A DNA stretch of 64,000 bases from a virus (taxonomy: Duplodnaviria > Caudoviricetes), in the IMG/VR virus record IMGVR_UViG_3300023105_001349, positions 15,518-79,517 of that record; one strand, given 5' to 3'. Under the pieces are notes generated by a model that was not told the origin of the DNA, made no database searches, and worked only from the letters and a program-made list of their open reading frames with translations. Position numbers and translations under genes: made by a program. Below are positions 37,641 through 46,897 of this stretch, piece by piece; position 1 is the first letter of the stretch, and each line of letters begins with the position of its first letter.

Positions 37641-38796
37641 TACTATTGATTTATTAACCGGTAAAGTATTTCAAGTTACTTGGGATACTGGTAGACGTTG
37701 TAATTATGACTGTTCATACTGTCCTGCACATAGACATGACAATTTTAGTAAACATGCTACATTAGATGAATTAAAAGCAAATACAGATTTCTTATTTGAA
37801 TATATTGATACGTATATGCAGTATAGAGATTTTAAGGTTGCTAATATAGGATTTACAGGCGGTGAGCCTACAGTAAACCCAAATTTTATTCCTTTTATAC
37901 AATATTTAAAAAGTCAGTATGAAGGAAAGTATGCCAATAAATGGCAGGCAGGATTTGCTCTTACAACTAACGGTGCAATGGGTCAAAAGATGGCACAAGC
38001 AGTTATGGAGAACTTTGGTCATGCTACTGTAAGTTACCATGCTGAAAGTGATGACAAATTAAAACAACAAGTGCGAGATAGAATTAAACAGTTTTATACA
38101 GAAGGTCCTAAGCATAACTTTACAGTAAGTGTTAATGTAATGTTCCATGCAGGTTATTTTGACGAATGTAAAGACTTGTGTGATTACCTAGACGAAATAG
38201 GTGTTAGTTATGTTCCCCGTGTTATTGGTGAAGAACCTAATAGTCGAAGTAATTTTGCTCATACATATACTGACGAACAATTAGATTATATTAAAAATTA
38301 TTGGACATATAAAAACGAAAAGTTAAATGACTCAAAAGAAGAAACTGCTGTATTAAGTGCTGCTGGCGAAAAAACAACTGAGAAGAAAAAATTAGGATTA
38401 ACATTAGGACGTCCTTGTTGTGGAAGTCGCGAAATGTGTCTAAGCAACAATGGAGAAAGTCGTAAAGCAACGTTTGTTGATATGAGAGAATTTAAAGGTT
38501 GGCATTGTAGTGTTAACTGGTTCTTCCTACATTTAGAACAGCAAACAGACAGTGTATTTCATCACCAAACTTGTCAAGCAAAGTTTGATCAAACAAGAGG
38601 ACCTATTGGTAAAATTAGTGAAGGTAAGAAATTAATTGCCGACTTAAAACAAAAATTAGAAAGCGGCACAATGCCTACAGTAATTTGTCCTAAGCAAACA
38701 TGTGGCTGCGGATTATGTGCTCCTAAGAGTTTGTTTAAAGAAAATTATAAAAGTGTATTAGAGAATCATATAGACATTAAGGTGTTGGCTGAATGA
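37630..38796 (+). CDS. Radical SAM protein (subfamily C)
   Basis: VTWDTGRRCNYDCSYC, FTGGEP, and Cys-rich C-terminus (PCC, GWHC, CPKQTCGCGLC). Confidence 0.85.
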   Translation: MSFDTIDLLTGKVFQVTWDTGRRCNYDCSYCPAHRHDNFSKHATLDELKANTDFLFEYIDTYMQYRDFKVANIGFTGGEPTVNPNFIPFIQYLKSQYEGKYANKWQAGFALTTNGAMGQKMAQAVMENFGHATVSYHAESDDKLKQQVRDRIKQFYTEGPKHNFTVSVNVMFHAGYFDECKDLCDYLDEIGVSYVPRVIGEEPNSRSNFAHTYTDEQLDYIKNYWTYKNEKLNDSKEETAVLSAAGEKTTEKKKLGLTLGRPCCGSREMCLSNNGESRKATFVDMREFKGWHCSVNWFFLHLEQQTDSVFHHQTCQAKFDQTRGPIGKISEGKKLIADLKQKLESGTMPTVICPKQTCGCGLCAPKSLFKENYKSVLENHIDIKVLAE

Positions 38797-39464
38797 TAAT
38801 AGACTTTAATATTACTAACTATTGTAATGCAAAATGTCCTACTTGTAAAAGATTTGATGCAGTAAACTATTTAGAAGTTGATAAAAATCTAGATGTTAGT
38901 CATATGGAATATAAAAAATTTGAAGAAGTTGTTAAGAAAAATAAAAAATTCTTTGAATATAAAACTTGTTATTTTTGTGGCGAGTTTGGCGATCCATTAA
39001 TGCATCCTCAGATAAAAGATTTTGCAGAACTTGCTGCTGATCATTTTGCTTCGCTTACTGTGTATACAAACGGCGGGTTAAAACGAGATGAATTTTTTAA
39101 GTATGTAGCAGAAACAAAAAATAAAATTAGTGTTAGGTTTGGTATTGACGGATTAACACACGAAATTAATAATTTATATAGAATAAATGTTAAAACTGAT
39201 CTGGCATATGAAAACATGTTTATGTTAGCCAAGCATGGTAAAGCAAGATGGGACTATACAATTTTTGAACATAATAAACATGAAGTAGAAGATGTAGTAA
39301 AACTTGCATTAGAAAAAAATATAAAACTTATGATACGTTGTAATCTTCGTCCTAGTAAGTTTGGTATTAATAGAATTACTAAAGACGATTATGAAAAATT
39401 TATACAAATAGCAAAAAAATACGAAAAAGAAGATATTGAATTTGATAAGTTTTGGATAAACTAA
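38793..39464 (+). CDS. Radical SAM core-only protein (subfamily A, lacks SPASM)
   Basis: CNAKCPTC, CGEFGDP, FGIDG..N..YR.NV. Ends before the auxiliary domain. Confidence 0.8.
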   Translation: MIIDFNITNYCNAKCPTCKRFDAVNYLEVDKNLDVSHMEYKKFEEVVKKNKKFFEYKTCYFCGEFGDPLMHPQIKDFAELAADHFASLTVYTNGGLKRDEFFKYVAETKNKISVRFGIDGLTHEINNLYRINVKTDLAYENMFMLAKHGKARWDYTIFEHNKHEVEDVVKLALEKNIKLMIRCNLRPSKFGINRITKDDYEKFIQIAKKYEKEDIEFDKFWIN

Positions 39465-39465
39465 A

Positions 39466-39789
39466 ATGCAAAAAGTAAGATGTGCAGCATATGATTATAA
39501 TTTAAAAAAGTGGGACGAGCTTGATGTGTCTGCTCATCTTAAAGTATATCCGTGTTGTGCATATCAAGGATATTATGAACTAAATGAATGGGATGACAAG
39601 CGTTTTAAAAAACTTCCTGTACACTGGAATGATCTAACACAACATAGCATGGAAGAAATTAAGGCCACTATGGAAACTATTCTAAATGTTAAAAACTTTG
39701 AGTCAGGTAAAGCGCCAAACAGATGTAAACTTATTTGCGGCATTGGAAATGATGAAAGACATACTCCGGGAAGGGATCATAAATTATAA
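39466..39789 (+). CDS. Stand-alone SPASM/twitch-like domain protein
   Basis: RC...DVSAHLKVYPCC...RCKLICG matches the C-terminal domains of 30672..31757 and 31754..32806. Confidence 0.65.
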   Translation: MQKVRCAAYDYNLKKWDELDVSAHLKVYPCCAYQGYYELNEWDDKRFKKLPVHWNDLTQHSMEEIKATMETILNVKNFESGKAPNRCKLICGIGNDERHTPGRDHKL

Positions 39790-40904
39790 TGACTAAACGA
39801 AAACACAGTTGCGATCTTCCATTTCATCATATAGCAACACGACCAGACGGTCGTGTGTTTCCGTGTTGTTATTTTAGATGGGAAGAAACTCCTACAGACT
39901 TAACTGTTGATCACAAAGATCCTTTTAATCATCCGTTTTTAGTTGACTTAAGAAATAAAATGCTTAATGACGAATATATTGAAGGTTGTAGTAGATGTTA
40001 TAAAGACGAAGAAACAAGCGGACATAGTATGCGCCTTGATATGAATAGCGTAAAACACTTTGGATTTCCTGAAGACAGTCGCGGCAAAGTTCCTAAACTA
40101 ACTAACATAGACTTAACATTTAGTAACGTTTGTAATAATAAGTGTAGAATGTGCGGACCAGAGCTTAGTACTAGTTGGTATAGTGATGCTAAAAAGTTAG
40201 GTATTAAGCATAGTGGTATTATTGCCAAAAATACAATATTAGATGATTATGATTTAAGTGAATTAAGATTTATAAAACTGTTAGGTGGCGAGCCACTAAT
40301 GGAAGAAGCTAAATTAATTGACTTACTTAAAAAATGTAATCGCAAAGAACTTACACTGCTTTTAATAACAAACACTACAATACGTCCAAAAGGAGAACTA
40401 TACGAACTGTTAAAAGAAGTTAAAAATCTTAAAGTAGAACTTAGTATAGATAGTTACGGCCGGTTGAATGATTTCTTACGTAAAGGTAGTGATTGGGACG
40501 AAGTATGGGAGAATGTCTTTTGGTTTAAAGAACAAGGGGTTGAACCTAGTGTACATAGTGTTGCAAGTATATACAATGTTAACAAAGTTCACGAACTAAT
40601 TAGTTTTTGTAAAACTTTAGAACTAGATCACAAATATGTTATGTTAGATGGTCCTGATTGGATGATGCCAAGAAACTTACCTAACTTTGCTAAAAAAGAA
40701 TTAATCGAAGAATACAAAGATAAGAAAGCACCTATATACAAGTTAATTGTAGAAGAATTAAAACAAGAAGGTAATTTTAGAAAGTTTTTAGACATGGATA
40801 ATAAACTTAATGAAATACGGAAAGAACATTGGGCGCCTCATAACGAATGGTTGCTTAAAGTCTTGACAACATACAATGAAGATGTTATTATAAAATATGA
40901 ATGA
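39789..40904 (+). CDS. Radical SAM protein with N-terminal twitch domain (subfamily B)
   Basis: SCDLPF...PDGRVFPCC...CSRC, then CNNKCRMC and LLGGEP. Confidence 0.85.
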   Translation: MTKRKHSCDLPFHHIATRPDGRVFPCCYFRWEETPTDLTVDHKDPFNHPFLVDLRNKMLNDEYIEGCSRCYKDEETSGHSMRLDMNSVKHFGFPEDSRGKVPKLTNIDLTFSNVCNNKCRMCGPELSTSWYSDAKKLGIKHSGIIAKNTILDDYDLSELRFIKLLGGEPLMEEAKLIDLLKKCNRKELTLLLITNTTIRPKGELYELLKEVKNLKVELSIDSYGRLNDFLRKGSDWDEVWENVFWFKEQGVEPSVHSVASIYNVNKVHELISFCKTLELDHKYVMLDGPDWMMPRNLPNFAKKELIEEYKDKKAPIYKLIVEELKQEGNFRKFLDMDNKLNEIRKEHWAPHNEWLLKVLTTYNEDVIIKYE

Positions 40905-42021
40905 AGATTTAAAATGGAGCGAGTATGACTTCTCTAAAATACCATTTGACGACATTGTTGGTGTTGGTCAACGTACTTTGCTTTATCGTGATATATTTAC
41001 TGTTAGTTGGTTACTGGGAAGATTCTGTAACTACAGATGCTCCTACTGCTGGCCTTACGCCCGATCCGATCGTAAAGACCACCGTCCTACCGAGCTCTGC
41101 TTGCTTACAGTGGATGAAATTAAACGTCAAGCCCGAGACAATGGCTTCAATTCTTTCCACTTCTCCTTGTCAGGAGGAGAGCCTACTTTCCATCCTGGAT
41201 ACTTGGACATACTAAAGCATCTAGCAGACGATGTAGCAAACACAAACTATACTAGCGTACATATGACTAGTAATTGTAGTAGGAATATGGACTGGTTTAA
41301 ACAATATGTTGAAGCAGTAAAACCGTTTCATCGAGCCAGCATAACAGCAAGTTTACACACAGAACATGTAAATACTACTGAAAGGATGGAGGAGTTTGCT
41401 AACAAACTCATCCTATGTCAAGAAAATGATGTCCAAGTTACGATCAATATGGTCATGGTTCCAGAACAGTTTGAACGAGACTGGAGCAATGCCTTATTCT
41501 TCCATTCCAGAGGCATTAATGTCACTCTCAAGCCTCAGTCTGATCCAACAGCATCAAGAGTTGTTGAGGGATATACAGAAGAAATGCTCCAAAGACTCCA
41601 CAACGGAATGCCCCAAAGAGCATACACAGAAGTAAAGAGAATCTGGAATGATAGACCAAAACCACAATTTGCACTACCTAGTTATATAGACGGTATTAAT
41701 GATGCCAGTGTACCGTGGCATATGCAAGTTGAATTAAGAGATAAAAACGGTAAAAAATGGTATATGGATCAAGCAGAAAGATTTAATGCCTTTAATTTTA
41801 ATAAGTTTAAAGGATGGCATTGCTCTGCTGGATACAGTGGAATCATTATACGAGAGCCTGATGGCAGTGTAAAACGTAGTTATAGTTGCCACGATGTACC
41901 ATTAGGAAATATAGAAACAGGTTTTAAATTATTTGATAGCCCTAAACCCTGTATTACAGAAAGTTGCGTAAGTAGCGCAGACTCAAAGATCCCTAAACGA
42001 TTAATAGCATCAAGTAAATAA
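40897..42021 (+). CDS. Radical SAM protein (subfamily C)
   Basis: VSWLLGRFCNYRCSYC, LSGGEP, and C-terminal GWHC...SCH...PC...CVSSAD. Confidence 0.85.
   Translation: MNEDLKWSEYDFSKIPFDDIVGVGQRTLLYRDIFTVSWLLGRFCNYRCSYCWPYARSDRKDHRPTELCLLTVDEIKRQARDNGFNSFHFSLSGGEPTFHPGYLDILKHLADDVANTNYTSVHMTSNCSRNMDWFKQYVEAVKPFHRASITASLHTEHVNTTERMEEFANKLILCQENDVQVTINMVMVPEQFERDWSNALFFHSRGINVTLKPQSDPTASRVVEGYTEEMLQRLHNGMPQRAYTEVKRIWNDRPKPQFALPSYIDGINDASVPWHMQVELRDKNGKKWYMDQAERFNAFNFNKFKGWHCSAGYSGIIIREPDGSVKRSYSCHDVPLGNIETGFKLFDSPKPCITESCVSSADSKIPKRLIASSK
42013..42020 (+). promoter_or_regulatory. Late-like box AGTAAATA, 5 nt before ATG (candidate leaderless start)
   Basis: TAAATA-atact-ATG(42026). No SD upstream. 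Confidence 0.5.
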
Positions 42022-42025
42022 TACT

Positions 42026-43510
42026 ATGCCTACATTTGACGCAATATTATTCACAGATACAGCCGCATATCCACATTGGACTAGAGGATATGGCGCTCAC
42101 CGTCTTGCATCTCATTTAAGGACTCACGGATATAGCGTATTAGTAATAGATTTTAGTTTAGCACTACAGTTTGAAACTTGGAAAGAAATTTGCAAATATG
42201 CAATAGGTAGCAATACTTTATTCTTAGGATTCTCTACTACATGGTGGCCGTATAGAAATCCAGATCAAGATAATCCGTTTATTAATCCTAGTGTAAATAT
42301 GGCAGACACACTTATAGATAACTTCAAAAAAGAAATGCCTGAAGATCGTACACTTACTTACGATGCTGCAAATGGAACAGTTAATCGATGGATTGACGAA
42401 GCAAAGAATTATAATGAGAATATTAAAGTTTTAATTGGTGGAGCCAAAATTGATTGGTACAGAGATTTCCCAGCAGATTATTTTTTTAGTGGATTAAGCG
42501 AAACACAAATAGTAGATTTTTTAACAGAAGAACTTCGAATTTGGCCAAGATATATTAAACACGATACACATGCAGATCATCATAGATGGGATTGGTTGCA
42601 TAGTAGCACACGATATACAGATTTAGATTTTATAGTTCCGGGAGAAGTTCTTACATTGGAAACAGCCCGTGGATGTAAATTTAAATGTTCATTTTGTTCT
42701 TTCCCTTTGATAGGGCAAAAAAAGATTGCAGATTATACAAAAACAGAAGAAACACTTTATCAAGAACTTTTAGAGAACTGGGAGAAGTGGGGAATAACTG
42801 ATTACTGGATTGCAGATGACACATTCAACGATAATACTGAGAAGTTAAGAATGTTTCATAAAATTACAAAAAAACTACCGTTTGATCTTAACTATAGAGC
42901 ATATTTAAGATTAGACGTAATGGCAATGCATCCTGAACAAATAGGATTGCTTTACGAATCAGGAATTAAAAACTGTTGGTTTGGAATTGAAACTTTCCAT
43001 CCTGAGGCAGCAAAAGCAATAGGCAAAGGCATGCCCGAAGAGAAACGTAAACAAGCATTATATGATATGCAAAAAGTATGGGGCAATGATGTAGCAGTTG
43101 CTAGTGGATATATTGTAGGATTGCCTCATGAGCCAGTAGATCATATATACAAACAAGCAGAGTGGTTTATGGAAGATAATAATCCAGTAAATCATAATCC
43201 TAACTTTATGCCTTTAATTATTAATCCTCCCGGAGCGTATGAATATCATCCAATGAGTGCAATTGACAGAAATCCTGAGAAGTACGGATATAATATTCCT
43301 GATATGAAACGTTTTAATTTTTGGACTAAAGACGACGGCACCGGCATTGAATCTTTTGAGAAAGCCTGGCAAATAAGCGGAGATATTACTCAAAAGATTG
43401 CTAGTAGGGGTAATAAAATAATTAATGAATTAGACTATCAACACGGTATTAAAGATCCACAAGAAGAATACTTTAAGCCGTTAGTGGAGAAATTAAAAAA
43501 TGGAAGATGA
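42026..43510 (+). CDS. Radical SAM protein with N-terminal B12-binding-like domain
   Basis: RGYGAHRLASHLR.HGYSVLVID, LIGG, then LETARGCKFKCSFC and GIETFHP. This is the architecture of cobalamin-type radical SAM methylases. Confidence 0.75.
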   Translation: MPTFDAILFTDTAAYPHWTRGYGAHRLASHLRTHGYSVLVIDFSLALQFETWKEICKYAIGSNTLFLGFSTTWWPYRNPDQDNPFINPSVNMADTLIDNFKKEMPEDRTLTYDAANGTVNRWIDEAKNYNENIKVLIGGAKIDWYRDFPADYFFSGLSETQIVDFLTEELRIWPRYIKHDTHADHHRWDWLHSSTRYTDLDFIVPGEVLTLETARGCKFKCSFCSFPLIGQKKIADYTKTEETLYQELLENWEKWGITDYWIADDTFNDNTEKLRMFHKITKKLPFDLNYRAYLRLDVMAMHPEQIGLLYESGIKNCWFGIETFHPEAAKAIGKGMPEEKRKQALYDMQKVWGNDVAVASGYIVGLPHEPVDHIYKQAEWFMEDNNPVNHNPNFMPLIINPPGAYEYHPMSAIDRNPEKYGYNIPDMKRFNFWTKDDGTGIESFEKAWQISGDITQKIASRGNKIINELDYQHGIKDPQEEYFKPLVEKLKNGR

Positions 43511-44360
43511 TTACCTATTAGGTCCAGATAAAATGCTGTATCAAATACCAGTAAACTTTCCTACACTTCCGGAAGGATCAAGAGTAGGAATATTCTTCTC
43601 GGGTGGCATGGAATCAAGTTTAATTGCTGCTATAGCAATGCATCAATATGGCAAAGATAATGTATTTTTATTTTATAGTGATTCTATGTTCTCTGGAAAC
43701 AACAAAGTTATAGATAGAAATATACGAGCTAATGTAGAACGTAGTGCTGTTTTATTTGATAAAGAACCTATATACGTTGAAACTGATTTAGAACTATTAG
43801 CAAACGATCGTAAAGAATTTGTAATTTCGTATACTCAACAAGTTATAGACGAATACAAATTATCTGGTATGTTATTTGGGTTTACTAGATTGTTTTTTGA
43901 AGTAGAACCGTTTAAGGATGAAAGTTTAACATTAGAACAAATTGTAGATATGGCATACGAAACTCCAATGTTATATAAAGATACAATTAGAGAATTTCAC
44001 TTAGACACCAAAGAATATGCAGATCATTTACAAGATATAGATATTCCGTCTGAAGTATATCCTATACTTAGAGGAGCTCCTGGAATAAGAAGTCCGTTTG
44101 CTGAATTAAACAAAAAAGAAATTGTTGATTTATATGCACAATTAGGTATTTTAGAAATATCATATGCAACTAGTTCTTGTATCATGGACGAGTTATACGA
44201 TACAGGCAAACATTGTGGCAAATGTTTTAATTGTCAACAACGATATGATGCTTATCAAATGGCAGGATATCCTGATAATACTCCGTACTTAAATACAGAT
44301 ATAGTAGACCGATACAATGAGTTACAGAAAGTAAGACATGAACTTTATAACAAAGACTGA
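43500..44360 (+). CDS. QueC-like PP-loop ATP pyrophosphatase family protein 2
   Basis: VGIFFSGGMESSL and C-terminal SSC...HCGKCFNCQQRYDAY..AG.PD.T.Y, which resembles the QueC zinc-binding tail. Confidence 0.65.
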   Translation: MEDDYLLGPDKMLYQIPVNFPTLPEGSRVGIFFSGGMESSLIAAIAMHQYGKDNVFLFYSDSMFSGNNKVIDRNIRANVERSAVLFDKEPIYVETDLELLANDRKEFVISYTQQVIDEYKLSGMLFGFTRLFFEVEPFKDESLTLEQIVDMAYETPMLYKDTIREFHLDTKEYADHLQDIDIPSEVYPILRGAPGIRSPFAELNKKEIVDLYAQLGILEISYATSSCIMDELYDTGKHCGKCFNCQQRYDAYQMAGYPDNTPYLNTDIVDRYNELQKVRHELYNKD

Positions 44361-44901
44361 TTTTAAAGTAGACCTAGAACAAATGCGTTCTGACTTAGAT
44401 GCATTATTAAATGTGCATGACGGTTGGCCTAAAGAAGATTTTGTACGCAAAATGTCGGGTAATCAACTTAGTGCTAAACACCGTCTAAACGAAGACATTT
44501 GGTTAGATGGTCAAGGTAATTTATGGGATCCTGTTAAAGAAGAATTTATAGCAACAGAAGCAGACTTTACAGAGTATAATCCTCATTTAGGATCGTATAC
44601 TGTACAAGCATTAAAAGATTTAGAAACGCACGAAGGTGTTAAATTTGGTCGTATACGTTATATGCGATTAGAGCCTAAAAAAGGTCTAAGTATACATAAA
44701 GACTTTGATGCTAGATATCATTTTGTATTACATACAAATGACAATGCTCTATTTGGAGAAGTAACAAATAGTAATGTCAAAGCCGTTTGTTATCATTTAC
44801 CTGCTGATGGGCATGCCTATAAAGTAGATACTACTAGAGAACATTTTGTTTATAACGGCGGTTGGGAAGATAGAATACACTTAGTAATTAATATTGCTTA
44901 G
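44338..44901 (+). CDS. Cupin/2OG-Fe(II) dioxygenase (Asp/Asn beta-hydroxylase-like)
   Basis: RYMRLEPKKGLSIHKD (HxD), RYHFVL, and DTTREHFVYNGG..RIHLV. Confidence 0.7.
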   Translation: MNFITKTDFKVDLEQMRSDLDALLNVHDGWPKEDFVRKMSGNQLSAKHRLNEDIWLDGQGNLWDPVKEEFIATEADFTEYNPHLGSYTVQALKDLETHEGVKFGRIRYMRLEPKKGLSIHKDFDARYHFVLHTNDNALFGEVTNSNVKAVCYHLPADGHAYKVDTTREHFVYNGGWEDRIHLVINIA

Positions 44902-45670
44902 GTTTATCTTCAACAGTGTCTATTGCTAAAAATCTTTTAATAATCCAAGCAGGCGGATCAATTTGCCACTTACCAATACCTTGTGTTAACTTCCACGGCA
45001 TTGCATGATGATTGTTATGCCATCCTTCACCTAAACTTGTAATATTAGCAATCCAGCTATTACGTGCTTCGTCTGCACCTAAATCGTGTGTTTTGTATCC
45101 ATGTCTGTGTGCAATTACAATAATGCTACTAGAAGCGTGTAATGTTAAACAACTAGGTATTGCATAACCAAAGATAACTAACCATGGGCTAATAAGTGCT
45201 AGTAGTATACAATAAGTTACTATAATAGTAACATAGTGTTTATGTAAAAACTTTTGAAACGAATCTTTACGTAAATCTTTTACTAAACGTAAATCTAATT
45301 TTGGTATATCCCAAAATCCAAACCATGCTCTTAAATTACCTAGTAGATAAGGACTATGAGGATCTTCATCTGTTTCTGTATGTTTATGGTGCTGTCTATG
45401 TACAGCAGTCCATGCAAGTGGACTTCCAATAGTAGTTAAACTTCCAATTAAAGACAATGCTTTCTCTATAAAGGGATAAGTTGTAAAACTTCTATGGCTA
45501 AGTAATCTATGAAATCCTATATTAATGCCTAATATAGTTGTTACTACAAAAAATGCAAGCGCAATAGCAAGCCAATGATATTGTCCTGTAGCAAATACAA
45601 ATCCTAAACCAACTAGGCCTAGAACGTGATTAATTACTTGCAAACCTCTTGTTTTTTGATTGTGTGTCAC
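44888..45670 (-). CDS. Membrane fatty-acid desaturase (delta-9/DesC-OLE1 type)
   Basis: Three His boxes (HRLLSH, HRQHH, HNNHH), hydrophobic TM segments and a DPHSP motif. Likely start is the GTG at 45670, overlapping the upstream stop. Confidence 0.9.
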   Translation of the reverse strand: MTHNQKTRGLQVINHVLGLVGLGFVFATGQYHWLAIALAFFVVTTILGINIGFHRLLSHRSFTTYPFIEKALSLIGSLTTIGSPLAWTAVHRQHHKHTETDEDPHSPYLLGNLRAWFGFWDIPKLDLRLVKDLRKDSFQKFLHKHYVTIIVTYCILLALISPWLVIFGYAIPSCLTLHASSSIIVIAHRHGYKTHDLGADEARNSWIANITSLGEGWHNNHHAMPWKLTQGIGKWQIDPPAWIIKRFLAIDTVEDKPKQY

Positions 45671-46287
45671 TAGTCTGTTCCTTCTGGCAAAGTATTCCAC
45701 TCTGCTGTATCTATGATGTTTGGCTTCCAATCTTCGAAAGCATTATTTTTTAAATTCAAATAAACATAGTACTGATAGCAATTTTTTACACTAGAAGGAC
45801 AAGTTTGTAAAAATCCATCTCCCTTAATCCATCTAGGATCTGCTCTTTGTAAACCTCTAACCCATATGTCAAAATATCCAGTTGTTGGTTTACGGCGATC
45901 CTGCATTGCCATAAAGTACCCGTCAAAATTATTTATTTCAATTAACGGTTTAATACCATGCTCTACGGCTACTTCCCAAAGTTTACTAAACCCTTTAAAT
46001 GACGTAGTTCTATATTTAGGAAACCAGTATGTTCTATTAATCATTCTAGCCATGTTCTTTGGCATTAACCGCTCATCACGATATACACCACCAAATGATG
46101 CTGGTTCGTCTGTCCTCTTATCATAGATAACAATAAAGCCGTTATGTTTAGAAACACTTAAACGTTCTTTTGTGTAAATGTGTCTTAACCAATTATCTTC
46201 TTCTAAACAAAGATCTCTTACATCTTCAAATTCTAAACAATCTTGATAATATATTTTATGATAAAATTGATCGATATCGTGCAACAT
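45670..46287 (-). CDS. Hypothetical protein, possible GNAT-fold acyltransferase
   Basis: Strand pattern FIVIYD...ASFGGVY...ARMINRTYWFPKYR resembles GNAT beta2-beta4. Weak call. Confidence 0.35.
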   Translation of the reverse strand: MLHDIDQFYHKIYYQDCLEFEDVRDLCLEEDNWLRHIYTKERLSVSKHNGFIVIYDKRTDEPASFGGVYRDERLMPKNMARMINRTYWFPKYRTTSFKGFSKLWEVAVEHGIKPLIEINNFDGYFMAMQDRRKPTTGYFDIWVRGLQRADPRWIKGDGFLQTCPSSVKNCYQYYVYLNLKNNAFEDWKPNIIDTAEWNTLPEGTD

Positions 46288-46292
46288 ATAGT

Positions 46293-46300
46293 TACTTAGC
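46293..46300 (-). promoter_or_regulatory. Late-like box GCTAAGTA, 5 nt before ATG (candidate leaderless start)
   Basis: Minus strand TAAGTA-actat-ATG(46287). No SD. Confidence 0.45.
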
Positions 46301-46329
46301 CACTATTATATGCGCAGTTAATAAAAGCG

Positions 46330-46337
46330 AATAAGTA
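46330..46337 (+). promoter_or_regulatory. Late-like box AATAAGTA
   Basis: Divergent intergenic region, 20 nt before the ATG at 46358, with a GAGG SD. Confidence 0.4.
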
Positions 46338-46357
46338 TATTATAGAAAGAGGTTCAC

Positions 46358-46897
46358 ATGAATTTACAAGATAAAAAAGATTTAATACAAAGAATTATTG
46401 ACAGTCAAGATATTATTGAAGAAGAATATCTAAACTTTAATCGCCGTCGTGTTCCTCTACCTGATTATGATGATGGCGATATTGTACCTGGCTGGACAGG
46501 TACAGCATTATGGTGGGATTATAAAGCATGGCCTAGTTCTCAAAGACGCTGTCCTAGAGTAACTGAATTAGTACGCAATGGTCCTGACCATAGAGCAACT
46601 GGATGGTTAGTATTAGATCCAAAAAGTAAAACACCAGAACATAATCATAAAGACTGGGGACATAAAATCATTTGTCATTTGCCAACTGTACTTCCAAAAG
46701 GTGATAGTGGATTTGTAGTTGAAGGCGAAACATATAATTGGAAGATGGGCGAATTCTTTGCGTTCGATGCTTCAAAAAATCATTATGGATATAACGATAC
46801 TAATTTTGAAAGATCGCTATTTGTATTAGATTTTGATTATAAAGAATGGATTGATGTACTAGAACCGTACATGCATCTAGATAATAAGGCGTCTTAG
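46358..46897 (+). CDS. Aspartyl/asparaginyl beta-hydroxylase family dioxygenase
   Basis: LDPKSKTPEH...ICHL..VLP...F.V.GETYNWK.GE.FAFDAS..H.GYN....R..FVLDF, the characteristic Asp/Asn hydroxylase (LpxO-like) pattern. Confidence 0.75.
   Translation: MNLQDKKDLIQRIIDSQDIIEEEYLNFNRRRVPLPDYDDGDIVPGWTGTALWWDYKAWPSSQRRCPRVTELVRNGPDHRATGWLVLDPKSKTPEHNHKDWGHKIICHLPTVLPKGDSGFVVEGETYNWKMGEFFAFDASKNHYGYNDTNFERSLFVLDFDYKEWIDVLEPYMHLDNKAS

Noticed and set aside
40925-41635. Locally GC-richer stretch with two +strand alternate-frame ORFs inside the radical SAM gene 40897..42021
   Set aside because: The main frame is intact and aligns with paralogue 37630..38796. There is no terminal repeat, intron or intein signature, and lower AT simply reduces stop frequency.
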